A program made the translations under genes and the position numbers. A stretch of 64,000 nt of DNA. Origin: a virus. Position 1 is the stretch's first letter. Each line of letters starts with the position of its first letter. The notes beneath the pieces are model-generated. The model did not search any database and was not told the DNA's origin. It saw nothing but the letters and a program-made list of their open reading frames with translations. Positions 17,686-28,707 of the stretch are shown piece by piece. The DNA lies in IMG/VR virus record IMGVR_UViG_3300036546_000248; one strand, written 5' to 3'.

Positions 17686-19340
17686 AGTTCAAAATCGTGA
17701 AGCTCCTCGCTACACGGTTCTCCCATTTCGATAGAAGGTATAGAAAGCTCCCACTCGAGGTAATCGCCCCAATCGGCGATGGTGACGCCGGTGGGTACGT
17801 ATTTGTGACTAAGGACGCGGCCGGTGAAGGCCTCCTTTTTGCGATGGTGGTATTCGATGTGTTTATCGATGTCCGCACACACGAGGTAGTAGAACTTCGG
17901 CACCGACCCTTCCCACTGCAACAACTCCCGCAGGCGCCCGAAGGCTTGCAGGTTAGCAGTCGACGAACCCAACGCATCGGTCATGATGACGGTGAGCAGG
18001 TCCGGGATGTCTTGTGCAGTGCCTAACGACTTCAGGGTTGAGACAATGATTTCACCTTTGTAGGTGTCTTCAATACTCGTCCCTTGAACGTGCAGCACCA
18101 CCTTGTGTTCGGGGAACATCTGTTCGAAGTGGCGATGAAGCTTAGTGCACATCTCGACAGTGGCGGCGTACACCAAACATTTCTGACCACGTTTGAACTC
18201 TTGTAGGTAAGTCTCGGTGATGACCATCCCTACCATGTCCATGTAGGCTTTCAGGATATCCTTCTGCTTCATAATGGACTGTTCAAACAACACATGCGAA
18301 TAGGACTTACGACTGTGGTTTAGCCAACGCAAGCGATGGCCCACACGCAATCGATACTCCAACCCCACCGCTTCGGCGTAAACCACACGCCCTTTGGGTT
18401 TGATGCGCCAATGGGGCGGGAACATCTCCGCCACACGGGAATTCACAAACGGGTCGTCACCTTCCAAGGTACCCGACAGTGAGATGGTTTTCTCAACGTT
18501 GGTGTACAGGTCTTGGCGGTAGTTCAAGTGGAAGTCTTGATGCACCTCATCGATCAGGCGAATACCAAACCCACAGACGTCATAGAACTCATGGGGTAGA
18601 CAGGCGTAGCCCATCTCCAATATGCCTTCTTTGTGGATTTCGTATTCTTTCAGGTAATTGTAGAACGTCATGTTCGAACAGATAACGAACTTGGCATCCA
18701 GCGTACCGTCGACAGCCATCTGAGTGACTGCCTTAAGGGAGGCTGATCCCTTGATGACAATGATATCGCCCTTTTTGATCTTGAAGGCTTTCTCGATGTC
18801 ACTGATCCATTTCTCCACGTACATCGCTTTGATGCACACAAAGGTTCTTTTCTTAATCTTGCTGATTGCAAGCAACGCGGTGAACGTTTTACCACGACCA
18901 GGGTCAATGGTGGCAACCTTGGTCACCCCTTCGTCGGTGATGTAGTCAACCAACTCGACTTGGTAGTCACGCGGCTCCCGAAGATCAATCAGCTCCAGTT
19001 CAATGTCGTCGCCATAGTTCTTTGGCAATTCGACTACGTTGATTTTACCCTTTCCATAACCGTGGCGTTCCAGAACCACGAAGAGTTCAGGCAACAGGTT
19101 ACGGTGGAAATTAAAAACAGTTCGATCCCGTGTTACACCCACAAACACGCGCAGCATGGTTCGTACGAATCGCCCATTTGGACTTCGGGTGAACCCAAAC
19201 TGCGCGAGCCGGTCGCACATTTCGAACAGGGCCGGACGGACACGAGGTCCGAAGTTCGACACCCGTACGAAATGGCTTCCAAGCTCTAAGGTCAACTCTG
19301 TGCCTACTTTGGGTGGAACCGGGGTAGGTCTAGTAGGCAC
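17526..19340 (-). CDS. SF2 helicase (phiKZ gp75-like)
   Basis: PRDYQ Q-motif, PGRGKT, DEVH, SLSGT and QAFGRLR. Confidence 0.9.
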   Translation of the reverse strand: MPTRPTPVPPKVGTELTLELGSHFVRVSNFGPRVRPALFEMCDRLAQFGFTRSPNGRFVRTMLRVFVGVTRDRTVFNFHRNLLPELFVVLERHGYGKGKINVVELPKNYGDDIELELIDLREPRDYQVELVDYITDEGVTKVATIDPGRGKTFTALLAISKIKKRTFVCIKAMYVEKWISDIEKAFKIKKGDIIVIKGSASLKAVTQMAVDGTLDAKFVICSNMTFYNYLKEYEIHKEGILEMGYACLPHEFYDVCGFGIRLIDEVHQDFHLNYRQDLYTNVEKTISLSGTLEGDDPFVNSRVAEMFPPHWRIKPKGRVVYAEAVGLEYRLRVGHRLRWLNHSRKSYSHVLFEQSIMKQKDILKAYMDMVGMVITETYLQEFKRGQKCLVYAATVEMCTKLHRHFEQMFPEHKVVLHVQGTSIEDTYKGEIIVSTLKSLGTAQDIPDLLTVIMTDALGSSTANLQAFGRLRELLQWEGSVPKFYYLVCADIDKHIEYHHRKKEAFTGRVLSHKYVPTGVTIADWGDYLEWELSIPSIEMGEPCSEELHDFELWNHNQSLNGSRNTSFPINKDKPYVFEWPVSLTSQNCYSSTPSPSTMPESCIR

Positions 19341-19354
19341 AATGTTGCTCCTAG

Positions 19355-21331
19355 TTAACGTACGCCGGATTTGCCCACGACCAGATAGTCGAGGGGATGG
19401 TCAGGACGGTTGTCCAAGATGAAGGTTCGGATATCGCTGAGTACCGCCCCCTGCTTCTCATAGGCCATGGTGGCCGACAAGCTGCGGAACCACATGTTGT
19501 CCTCGTAATACCCCACTACACCATTCAGCCGGTCAACCGGCATACGGTGGTCATGGTTCTCGGGGTCAATTGCCATGGTGGCCAACAAGATCGCTTCCAG
19601 GTGCGCAATGTTCACACTGAGCTTGGAGTTGATCAGGTCGTCAAACGCAAACAGGGCTTCCTCGGTGGTGCTGTAGGAGCCTGAGTTCATGCGCTTGGAG
19701 GACTTATCGCGAGCCTTGTTCGCACTAGGCGAGGCCTTGATGAAGTTCTCAATCATGGTCATGTATTCCACAGTGTTCAGGTGACGCTGCGGCAGTTCAA
19801 AGATATCGTCCTCGAAGTCCCAGTCCGACAGATCGATCAGGAAATCACCACGGGAGGTGGTGGTCCAACCGACTTCCTTGAGGAAGCTCAAGAACAGCTC
19901 ACCGAAGTAAGCACGTCGAGAACCCATCGAGACAGAGACCGTCACAGTATTGATCGCCCCGTCATTAATAATCTCCAGCTGAACTTCAACCAACTCAGCC
20001 AGACGTTCCATCGGCAACTCACGGACATGACGTACCCGATGCAGGTCAGTCAGGCGTGGAGCATACTGATGCGGGACAATCAACCGCACTTCATCGGCAA
20101 TTTTCAATTCTGCCATTAGGCGCAGTTTCGATTCGTCGCTACCCTCCCGTATGTAGTATTGATCGTGTTCCGAGATCTTGAAAGATTCCACGCTAGTACT
20201 GCCATCCAGGTGTTTGGTCGACAATACGCGCTGCGACAGAATCTCACAGAGCGTGGTGGCACTGACGTGACCCAGTACCGTCTTGGCCGGAATGGCGTTG
20301 GCCAGTTCGCCGAAGCAGGTGGCACAAACACCGTATGGATCAAGGTGTTGACACTTAAGGATGCTGCGGGTTTTCAGGGTACGACCGATCAACTTGTTAC
20401 GGTCGCGCTTGATGATGGGTTTGAGTTTTCCATCATCTTCCAGATAGAACTTACCCAACAGGTTCTCGAAGTTGGAGGAGGTGATCTTCCACTCGATGTA
20501 ATGTTGGCTACCGCAGTCGCCTGGATGGATGTGCTTCAGCGTCTCACACACCAGCTGCATCCGACGGTTGAAGTACTCAGAATCAGCCACTGGGTCTTTG
20601 GCAAACCACAGGGCCTTGGACGCCGAGCGAGACTCGATCATCGATTCGTACAGCTTGGTGATCCCGTGGGTGTAACCTTTCAGCACCGGAGTGTGGAAGA
20701 TGCGTGAGTTGATGTCCGTCAGATAGCCTCGTACCGAGACACACTGGAGAATCTGACCCATGCTCACCAGACCTGACTTAGCCACCTTGGCCACAGGGTT
20801 ACCCACCAGTTCGTTCTCGTCGAGCAAAACCCCCCGCACGGCGGTGTAGGTGTGTTCGATAGAGTTCGGGGACGGTTTGGTGTTGTCGTTAATTTCCTTG
20901 ATCTTGGGATGGGTGACGATGTCGATGAAATCAAGAATGCAGATACTGCTCACCGACTGCGGGACGTTCCAGGTGAAATCGTTGTAGATGTCCTGGAAGG
21001 TGTCGTACACCACTTGTCGGGCAGCATCCAGATCCAACAGATGGCCTTCGCCGCGTTCATCGAACCAGTCTTTGGTTTCAAACAGGGAGGTTTCAATCAG
21101 CTCGGCGGTGGTGCGCATACCGAGGCGAGCTTTACCGATGTGATAGCGTTTGTACACAGGGGCTTGCGGGTAGAGTCGGTTGAACACCATGGTGTACCAA
21201 CTGTACTGCGTCAACCGGGTATCAGTTTCAAGGTCCCCATCATCGAACTCCAGAATAAAGGGACGGTCCGGCATGGCCCACAGTTGAGCAGTAGACATAG
21301 CCAGAATCTGGCGCACGGGAATACGTTCCAC
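19355..21331 (-). CDS. Non-virion RNAP beta' subunit, C-terminal part (phiKZ gp74-like)
   Basis: SRSASKAL, GDCGS, C...VCATCFG and trigger-loop-like SQRVLSTKH. Confidence 0.85.
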   Translation of the reverse strand: MERIPVRQILAMSTAQLWAMPDRPFILEFDDGDLETDTRLTQYSWYTMVFNRLYPQAPVYKRYHIGKARLGMRTTAELIETSLFETKDWFDERGEGHLLDLDAARQVVYDTFQDIYNDFTWNVPQSVSSICILDFIDIVTHPKIKEINDNTKPSPNSIEHTYTAVRGVLLDENELVGNPVAKVAKSGLVSMGQILQCVSVRGYLTDINSRIFHTPVLKGYTHGITKLYESMIESRSASKALWFAKDPVADSEYFNRRMQLVCETLKHIHPGDCGSQHYIEWKITSSNFENLLGKFYLEDDGKLKPIIKRDRNKLIGRTLKTRSILKCQHLDPYGVCATCFGELANAIPAKTVLGHVSATTLCEILSQRVLSTKHLDGSTSVESFKISEHDQYYIREGSDESKLRLMAELKIADEVRLIVPHQYAPRLTDLHRVRHVRELPMERLAELVEVQLEIINDGAINTVTVSVSMGSRRAYFGELFLSFLKEVGWTTTSRGDFLIDLSDWDFEDDIFELPQRHLNTVEYMTMIENFIKASPSANKARDKSSKRMNSGSYSTTEEALFAFDDLINSKLSVNIAHLEAILLATMAIDPENHDHRMPVDRLNGVVGYYEDNMWFRSLSATMAYEKQGAVLSDIRTFILDNRPDHPLDYLVVGKSGVR

Positions 21332-21396
21332 TAGGAACCTCCTCGAAGTTAGACGGCTGTGGGGTTACCCCCACAGCGAAGTTTATAAGAACATCC

Positions 21397-23661
21397 TCAG
21401 ATGCTAGGTGGCGTCTGAGGCCTTTCAGGTTTGTACACGAAACGAATGCCCGCACACTCCAGAACGTGGGTGACGAACAGGATGTTGCGACCCTGTCCGA
21501 GCGGAAACTTGTCCCGGTCAATAACCTTGGGGATGTTGGTTGGTTGTGGTGCACGCAGGATGTTAGCCGTGATCTCCTTGTGTACCGTTGGGTTGTTAGA
21601 CTGATCCACCAGATCGGCTGCTACGTAGCCACCGGCTGTACTGGCAAGTAGACGGACTTCACCTTCCCCGGTCAGTCGGATGGGTGAGGCACGACCTGGG
21701 TAGGCGTACTTATCCATCTTGGTGATCTTTGCTGGAATGCCGTGGTGCTGCAACTTGGCAGAAGCAACGCCTGACCACTCACTACCGGTTTTCTCCAGCT
21801 CGATCACGTAAACGCTACCGATCATGATCGGGGCATCCGTCACGACCCGCTTACCGTTTTGGGCAATGAAGCTCACAGGACCATAGCAAGGTGGGTACTT
21901 CGCTTGGACTTGCTGGACCGTCTCGACATAATCGATCGGGTTGTGTGTTGGCATCCACAGGTAGATACCATCACGCATCACCGACAACAGGTGCTCCTCG
22001 ATGGGTTGTTTGTACTCCCCACGAGCAAACATCTGAGCCATCCACGGCGACACGATGTCGTAGTAACCAAAAAGGTATTGCCACGCCTGTGCCACAATGG
22101 CCGGGTCCAACTGAATGTCTTGTCCCGGTACGATGTTGCTTTCTCGACTGCCGAACAGCGCGTTCTGTAGGTTGAAGGTGGGTTTGGGTTTCGGTGGGAC
22201 GTCATCACCCCAAGGACTGAAGCCAAACATTTGACGAATCTTCTTAGTGACGTCGCGCGATGCAGCATTGAAGTACTGCTCGTACAAACGACCCAAGTTC
22301 ATCCGTTTGATGTTGGAGTCGGCATCCATGATGTAGTCAGCTGAATTGCCTTCTGCATCCACCGGCATGTTAGCCCGTGGCCAGATCCCACAGATAACCG
22401 CCTTATCGCCATGGGTCCCGGTGATCTTGTTGCCGATCGTAGGTACCATGTCGTATTGGTAGGTCACCTCAATCCGCCATTCGTCCAGCTCGTTACGACG
22501 GTAGGTTTTATTGACATCCATACTGCCTTGACGACTATCGCGATGACGTTCGTTCAGGTAGGTACGGGCTTCAACCAACAACCGGTTAAACTCATACCCA
22601 AGGGTTGGACGACCTTCCGGACGACGACAGACTTTCTCATACTCCTGCCAGATACGACGGTAGTAGTTAGTGGCGGCTGTGTGGTACTTGCGCAGCTGCC
22701 GATCCATACCTGCCGGGGTATTGCAATTACGCAGCAGGTGATTGTGCTGAACCATGATATCAATCACAGTAGCGCCAGGGGTTGCATAGACCAGTCGGTC
22801 GTAGATGTAGTCAGGTTCCCGCAAAGCGGTCGGCGACATCTCGATCGGAGCCAGCAGCGGATCGTATTTGCGCAGAGCAAACAGAAGACCGTCATCACGG
22901 ATCTTTTCACCAATGTCCGGTACAGGCTTGTATTCATCCGGACGTTCAGGATTACCGTAGAGATTGATCATGTAGTAGTGCTGACCACAGCTCTCTACCC
23001 GCTTCTCAAACCCTTGGGCTGTGAGTTTCGGAAGAACATCATCGGCAAAGATCGCACCGTCCTCAATCACGCCTTCGACGGACATCAGACACATGTTCAA
23101 CTCAAGGCCGTATTTGTAGTCTCCTTCTGGTGTGACGCTTGGAGAATCAGCCACTTTGGTACCCGCTCGGATGCGGGCTTCGGCAGTCATCTGACGGACG
23201 ACGTTCTGGTCCTTCTGATATTCGAATCCGAAGTGCTGGTGGTTACAGTTATACATCGGAAGGATCATTACATCGACGTGACCGGTTTTCGCATCTTCGT
23301 AGATGTACGCCGTTTCGGGGGAGAAAGCAATGCTGTCGATACCGGCAGTTTGGTCGTAGCGATGCACTACGGCCAAAATCACCACATTGTTCTCAAAGCG
23401 CTTGGAGAACGTGTACTTAGCAAACTCTCGTTCGGTACCGGTTTGTTGACGGCGCAGGGTGCTGCCTTTAATCACAAGGCTCGAACCCAATGCCGAGTTT
23501 GCCATCTGGACCCGCGGGGAACTGTCGCCGCGCAGGTGGGAGTTCAGGTTACTGACACCAACCAGTTCGGGGAACAGTTGGCATTCGGCTTCCATCGGGT
23601 CAACCTCATTGTAGTGAGGTACCTGAGTGTGCTTGAAGACCTCTTTGACTTCATCCGACAC
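21397..23661 (-). CDS. Non-virion RNAP beta subunit, C-terminal part (phiKZ gp71-73-like), intronless
   Basis: DSSPRVQM, IEDG, GNKITGTHGDKAVI, KRMNLGRLYE and IRLTGEGEVR. Confidence 0.9.
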   Translation of the reverse strand: MSDEVKEVFKHTQVPHYNEVDPMEAECQLFPELVGVSNLNSHLRGDSSPRVQMANSALGSSLVIKGSTLRRQQTGTEREFAKYTFSKRFENNVVILAVVHRYDQTAGIDSIAFSPETAYIYEDAKTGHVDVMILPMYNCNHQHFGFEYQKDQNVVRQMTAEARIRAGTKVADSPSVTPEGDYKYGLELNMCLMSVEGVIEDGAIFADDVLPKLTAQGFEKRVESCGQHYYMINLYGNPERPDEYKPVPDIGEKIRDDGLLFALRKYDPLLAPIEMSPTALREPDYIYDRLVYATPGATVIDIMVQHNHLLRNCNTPAGMDRQLRKYHTAATNYYRRIWQEYEKVCRRPEGRPTLGYEFNRLLVEARTYLNERHRDSRQGSMDVNKTYRRNELDEWRIEVTYQYDMVPTIGNKITGTHGDKAVICGIWPRANMPVDAEGNSADYIMDADSNIKRMNLGRLYEQYFNAASRDVTKKIRQMFGFSPWGDDVPPKPKPTFNLQNALFGSRESNIVPGQDIQLDPAIVAQAWQYLFGYYDIVSPWMAQMFARGEYKQPIEEHLLSVMRDGIYLWMPTHNPIDYVETVQQVQAKYPPCYGPVSFIAQNGKRVVTDAPIMIGSVYVIELEKTGSEWSGVASAKLQHHGIPAKITKMDKYAYPGRASPIRLTGEGEVRLLASTAGGYVAADLVDQSNNPTVHKEITANILRAPQPTNIPKVIDRDKFPLGQGRNILFVTHVLECAGIRFVYKPERPQTPPSI

Positions 23662-23729
23662 GATAGACTCCTTAGTCTTCTACGAGTTTAAGGGGCAGTG
23701 GTGATCACTCACCAAGGGTATTCACCTTA

Positions 23730-23737
23730 ATAATATA
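23730..23737 (-). promoter_or_regulatory. Early promoter variant (TATATTAT)
   Basis: AAAAAACAAACC-TATATTAT upstream of the nvRNAP beta gene. Confidence 0.65.
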
Positions 23738-23772
23738 GGTTTGTTTTTTCTTTACTGCGGACGGACACAGAC

Positions 23773-24117
23773 ATGACCATGCCTATCCAAGAGTTGATGA
23801 CCAACACGGTGGCTCAAGTTTATTGCGACCAAGCGTTTCGCGATACGGTCGAGTCAGTCTTGAACATCATCAAAGTCAATCCTAACAATCGCACCATCGG
23901 TATCGAGCCCGGCATCGCCTACAAATATGAGTTTGACTTCTACGGGTTGTTGTCACACCTCAAAATTCCTACGAGCATGCACTGGTTAACCCTGCGGGTA
24001 AACGGTTATCGAGACCCACGGGACTACGTACACACCCATGTCGAACTGGTCATCCCAAGCGAAGACGACCTGACGTATGTGCGTCGGATGTACAAGACAC
24101 GAAAGGGCATACTTTGA
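23773..24117 (+). CDS. Conserved small protein
   Basis: 114 aa (YEFDFYGLL...WLTLRVNG) ending in a bidirectional terminator. Confidence 0.7.
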   Translation: MTMPIQELMTNTVAQVYCDQAFRDTVESVLNIIKVNPNNRTIGIEPGIAYKYEFDFYGLLSHLKIPTSMHWLTLRVNGYRDPRDYVHTHVELVIPSEDDLTYVRRMYKTRKGIL

Positions 24118-24163
24118 AAAAAAAAACAGGGGACCGAAGTCCCCTGTTGCTTTTTTATGCCGC
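24118..24163. terminator. Bidirectional terminator
   Basis: A-run, AACAGGGGAC-CGAA-GTCCCCTGTT, then TTTTTTATGCCG. Confidence 0.85.
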
Positions 24164-24164
24164 C

Positions 24165-25523
24165 TTAGATCCCGGTGGGGAACATCGGCTGTTGCATAAA
24201 GGGTTGTTGCATGGGTTGTTGGTATTGACCAGGGAAGCCCATCATGGTCTGCTGCGGTTGTGCGAACTGTTGTGCGAACATCTGCTGCGGAGTCATCATC
24301 GGCTGCTGAACCGGTTGCTGATACTGAGGTTGCATCATCATCGGTTGAGGTTGAGCCGCTACGCCCATACGCTTAGCCAACAGATCACTGAAGGAGACCG
24401 TATCGGATTCCTTCGTAGCCTGATGAGCTTGCGGTTGGTACTGCGGTTGTGGCGGCTGTTGGGTTTGAGTTTCCCACGGCATGACAGCGGGGGTTGTTGG
24501 AGCTGGGGTGTTGGTAGCCTGAGGCTGAAGCGACACTTCTGCGTTCTCGATGCTGGCCAACGCGTGATGCGCGGCGTGTTTCGGGGCGCTGGTGTCGAGC
24601 ACCACCACCTTGTTCGATGCAGCAGGCTTGACTTCGGCACCGGTCTTATCCAGCACCACGCCTTCGTTACCCGACAGGCTCGGGATCAGATCGCGGTACT
24701 TGCCAAGGTCGTTGAGTTCCTTGTCGAAGTCCACGTTGATCAGCAGCTTGTCCGCATCGTCCAAATGTTTCTTGAACTTGCGCACGACGCTATTGAGCTG
24801 TTTGGCCACCTTAGCAAACGACGACATCATCGCATGGAAGTACGGTGCGACGTCGCTGTTGGTACCGAAGCTGTACTTGTCCACGTCCTCGGCTTGCGGC
24901 AGGATGTAGTCGAACAGGGCCTTGATGGCTTTCTTGTTCTTCTGACTTCCCAGCGTAACCGTGAAGACTTCCTTCCCCGGCGTACCGAGTTGTTCGATCA
25001 GCGGGAAGGTGGTAACGGCTACGCGGGAGTAACCTTTACCTTTCCATTGACCGGCACGCTTGAGGTACATGTTGATCAGCTGGTTCTTGTCGATACCCAG
25101 CTGCTCGATGGTTTTGGTCAGGTCCTTGAACGTATTCTCGGTGACCGGACCGACCAACGAGAGGAACTCGTGTTGGTCAGGCGTGAGCTTCTTCTGAGCA
25201 TCCACATTGACGGCAATCGCCATCAGCTGGGTGGCCAGCTCGGTTGTGACACCGAGTATCCGCACCATCAACAGCGCCTTGAGTTTGCGCAGTACTTCGG
25301 ACTCACCACGCAACAGGCTTTCCGACAGCGGATGGAAGGCGATGGTGGTGTTCCAGTTGGGGTTGGCCAACACTTCGGAGGTCGGCATCACCAGACGCTT
25401 GGCAGGTTCCTTACCCACCGTACACGGCGTGTGGATACCGTCCAGGTCCATGCTGATCAGACCTTCCTTGTTGACAACGAGGCCGGCAGCTGCCAGCACG
25501 GACTCATATAGTGGAATGAGCAT
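24165..25523 (-). CDS. Core protein with a Q/P/M-rich tail (phiKZ gp70-like)
   Basis: 452 aa, directly downstream of the PicA-like gene, low-complexity C-terminus. Confidence 0.7.
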   Translation of the reverse strand: MLIPLYESVLAAAGLVVNKEGLISMDLDGIHTPCTVGKEPAKRLVMPTSEVLANPNWNTTIAFHPLSESLLRGESEVLRKLKALLMVRILGVTTELATQLMAIAVNVDAQKKLTPDQHEFLSLVGPVTENTFKDLTKTIEQLGIDKNQLINMYLKRAGQWKGKGYSRVAVTTFPLIEQLGTPGKEVFTVTLGSQKNKKAIKALFDYILPQAEDVDKYSFGTNSDVAPYFHAMMSSFAKVAKQLNSVVRKFKKHLDDADKLLINVDFDKELNDLGKYRDLIPSLSGNEGVVLDKTGAEVKPAASNKVVVLDTSAPKHAAHHALASIENAEVSLQPQATNTPAPTTPAVMPWETQTQQPPQPQYQPQAHQATKESDTVSFSDLLAKRMGVAAQPQPMMMQPQYQQPVQQPMMTPQQMFAQQFAQPQQTMMGFPGQYQQPMQQPFMQQPMFPTGI

Positions 25524-26982
25524 AGTTCATGCCTCCGAGTGGGTTTTGATTGTTTGCGACCTGGGTCACAGTTTTGTTTGCCAAGCTTTCGATGTCGCTG
25601 ACGTACTGCATGGCGTAGTTGACGTTTTGCGAGAGCAGCGGGGTGGTCAGCGAATCTGCAAAGGACGGCGCACAGAAGTACTGCTCAGGACCTCCCATTA
25701 CAGAAGCGAAGATGTGGGTTTCGCCATACATGTCAATCATGACACGGATGTTGAAGTCCACTGCGTTGTTGATCGAAAGACCGGTGAGGATCTCGTGAAT
25801 CAAACGGTTGATGAAACTGTTGGTGGCGAACTTGATCATATCCGGGGTGGGGAGCCAGGACGACGGGGCGCCTTGAAGGTCAACCAAGAACTCACGGGTC
25901 ACCGTACGGTTGGTAGCCGAGAACGCCACCTTGGTCAGGAAGTGGTCCGACATCAACGCGGGAACTTGCGAACTGATCACCTGTGCAATGATGCCTTCGG
26001 TGTTCGACGCATTCCAGTTGGCCGAGGCACCTGCTTGGTGAAGCGGCATTTGGAAGTTCTCGTTAGTGGACGGTTCGATCAAACTGACGCGATCGTCGAG
26101 GTTGCCATGATTCGACCCGATTTCCATAAGACACTTGTAGGTGAATGAACACCCTTCTTGGAAACCACCGTTCTGGATGATCTGGTGCAAGATCCGGTTT
26201 TGGTTAATGCTCATCTCGGCGTAATGACCGATCGCACGATCGAGGGTGTCGCCGTACGGAGTGGCCATGCTATCGGACGCTGAGATGTTGTGGATCGGCA
26301 GCGAGCCCTTGAGCACTCGAGAGAGGTACTGGTTGGGCAGGTCGTTGGCAATCGTGGAGAACTTGGGTGTGTTCCCAGCAAAAGCCGTACGACCATCAAT
26401 CACAGGTTCGGAGTAGTTGCCCGGTCCTGCAATCTGCATGATGCTGAACACGTCCTCTGGACGCAGACCCAGCGTAACCGTTTCACCACCACCCATACCG
26501 AAGGTTGGGTTGTACTCACCCGAGAGGACTCGGTCAGAACCAGCCAGGCGGATGCCACCCTGTGTACCGAGGTTCAAGCTGAGCACGCGGTTGACGACCA
26601 ACTGCATGTCCGGGTCAAAAGTCACTTGGCTCAGATTGCGGTGGTAGCCTTGGTAGTTGGTGTACCCCGACATGTACTGCTTGACCAGGCCGGTTTGATT
26701 CTGGATCTCCACCTCCATCATGAAACGCAGGCGTGGGGTATCCCAACCACTGATGATGTTGCTATCCCAGTAAACGTCGGCCGAAGGACGCAGGATGCTG
26801 CCTGCGTAAGGGGCCAGTGCACCGGGGGTGATATGTTGACCCTCCTGAGTGACCTGACGCAGCGTGTCAACCATGTTGTTGTCCACGTTGTTGGTCAGGT
26901 GATAAGGACGTTGGAACTGCGGGTTGTGAGATCCGGTCGGGGTGAACAGAACTCGAACGATCTTTACATAACTGGGCAACAT
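25504..26982 (-). CDS. picA: Phage nucleus protein-import factor PicA/Imp1 (phiKZ gp69-like)
   Basis: 492 aa, directly after the gp68-like gene in the conserved block. Assigned mainly by synteny. Confidence 0.65.
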   Translation of the reverse strand: MLPSYVKIVRVLFTPTGSHNPQFQRPYHLTNNVDNNMVDTLRQVTQEGQHITPGALAPYAGSILRPSADVYWDSNIISGWDTPRLRFMMEVEIQNQTGLVKQYMSGYTNYQGYHRNLSQVTFDPDMQLVVNRVLSLNLGTQGGIRLAGSDRVLSGEYNPTFGMGGGETVTLGLRPEDVFSIMQIAGPGNYSEPVIDGRTAFAGNTPKFSTIANDLPNQYLSRVLKGSLPIHNISASDSMATPYGDTLDRAIGHYAEMSINQNRILHQIIQNGGFQEGCSFTYKCLMEIGSNHGNLDDRVSLIEPSTNENFQMPLHQAGASANWNASNTEGIIAQVISSQVPALMSDHFLTKVAFSATNRTVTREFLVDLQGAPSSWLPTPDMIKFATNSFINRLIHEILTGLSINNAVDFNIRVMIDMYGETHIFASVMGGPEQYFCAPSFADSLTTPLLSQNVNYAMQYVSDIESLANKTVTQVANNQNPLGGMNYAHSTI

Positions 26983-27010
26983 AGGGGAACGTTCCTTACT
27001 AACAAGGGGT

Positions 27011-28573
27011 TTAGATTATACGAGCAGCCGCCAACTGATGATCGACGGGGGTCAGAATGTAATCCATCAAGAGGCGAACCAATTGACTTTTCACATCGGC
27101 CGGTACTGTGATCACGTTGTCGAACTCAAAGCGAAACTCACTGACTTTCTCGACTGGTACATAGACGGCCCAGTAATTGGTCGACATTTCCAGTGCAAGG
27201 GCGTCAATGGCCCGACAAGCCGCATTGGTCTGTCGGTCTGAAGTCTTACCGCTCTGTCTTGTGCTGTAGGGGTACAGACCCACCAGCTTTTGTACCGCAT
27301 CTGAACTGATGCGGCTACGGCTTTCCACGGTGAACATCGCCGACTCTTCTTCCCAGTTATAAGCCGTTGCAGTCAACAACACCGCCAGCTCTTTGAAGCC
27401 CCAATGGAACATCAAGGCTTGGGTGGCGCCGATGGTGCGAAGAAGAGAAGGTTTGTCCAAGTTGGGGATCGCCCGTGGGGACAGGACTTTCGACATGACC
27501 CACTGAACCAAAGTCATCTGGTGTGGGGCGATCGGGTCCAGCTCCAGCTTCCATGCATTGCGGATGCACATCTCCACCAACTCCGGCGGTACCGTCGGAT
27601 CGATAGCATGCGTCATCTGCATGTAGTTCTCAGTGTAGATCGATTGGGGGATCAGATCACCATCCGAGATTTCTTGCTTGACCTTGTAGGTTTCAGCGAT
27701 CGACATGTTGTCTTCATCGCCACCACGATCGGTCGGGTTGTGCTTGGGGTTCAGCTTGCCGTCACCGGCTGTAAAGCTGCGATCCAAAGACTTGTAGGTA
27801 TTGCGCAGGTAGTGGTACACGTTGCTGATGATGCTACTGTTGACATCCACCACCGTCACTTCCGACAACGCCACTTTCTTGACGATGGCGCGACAGTACA
27901 GGTGGTCTGGCAATTCAGTAGAACTCAGACCAAAGCACACCGAAGCCACCGAAATCGCTTCTCGTGCAATGTTGGCTTCCACATAAGCCCGCAGACGTTG
28001 AGCACCTGGTGTGGTTTCGATCCAAGTGTCTCCAAGAAGACCGTAGGCGTATTGCTCCTTATGGTTGTTACCCACGTTCTTGTTGATGAAGATGAACTGG
28101 TAGAACACCGGAACCATCAGCTCCAACGACACTGCCAAGACGGCCAGCTCTTTATAGTCGTTGATCAGGTATGTCCGGTCCTCGGGATTACCGTCATACT
28201 GGTCGTAGATGTTCTCCGGGATATAGATGCTTCCGTACCCCAAGACCCAATAACGCAGTTGGTCGTAGGTAAAGAGATCGTACATCCGCTTTACAACTTT
28301 CTTCAACTTACCGAACAGCAGTCGAAGCTCCCCCTGTGTCCGCATCAGCTCGTAAGCTTCAACGTAACACTCCCATAAAGCTTGTTGCTTATCCGCAGGC
28401 CATGAGGCGATGAACCCATTGATCGGGTTAAACAGATTGTCGAGATTCTTGAAGCTGGTGCGATTGAGCATCGACCCACTCCACTCCAACTCCTGTCCCT
28501 GATGGCTCGTCAGAAAAGAACCGATCATCTGGGCCGATTGGTTCTCTTTCGAACGAATGCCGGCAATCTTCAT
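27011..28573 (-). CDS. Non-virion RNAP promoter-specificity subunit (phiKZ gp68-like)
   Basis: 520 aa, synteny, SSIISNVYHY...DNMSIAETYKVKQ region. Confidence 0.7.
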   Translation of the reverse strand: MKIAGIRSKENQSAQMIGSFLTSHQGQELEWSGSMLNRTSFKNLDNLFNPINGFIASWPADKQQALWECYVEAYELMRTQGELRLLFGKLKKVVKRMYDLFTYDQLRYWVLGYGSIYIPENIYDQYDGNPEDRTYLINDYKELAVLAVSLELMVPVFYQFIFINKNVGNNHKEQYAYGLLGDTWIETTPGAQRLRAYVEANIAREAISVASVCFGLSSTELPDHLYCRAIVKKVALSEVTVVDVNSSIISNVYHYLRNTYKSLDRSFTAGDGKLNPKHNPTDRGGDEDNMSIAETYKVKQEISDGDLIPQSIYTENYMQMTHAIDPTVPPELVEMCIRNAWKLELDPIAPHQMTLVQWVMSKVLSPRAIPNLDKPSLLRTIGATQALMFHWGFKELAVLLTATAYNWEEESAMFTVESRSRISSDAVQKLVGLYPYSTRQSGKTSDRQTNAACRAIDALALEMSTNYWAVYVPVEKVSEFRFEFDNVITVPADVKSQLVRLLMDYILTPVDHQLAAARII

Positions 28574-28707
28574 AAACAGGTACTCCTTAGTACTGGTTGC
28601 CAGAGGATATTATACACTTATAAAAGCTTTCAATCCCGTGGTCGCATGGAGGGACGTGGGTTGGTGTGCCTGCTGCCGGACAGGCCGACAGCAGGACTCG
28701 TGGGGTG

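Noticed and set aside
21397..23661. Intron in the nvRNAP beta gene, as in phiKZ
   Set aside because: The frame is continuous through all conserved motifs.
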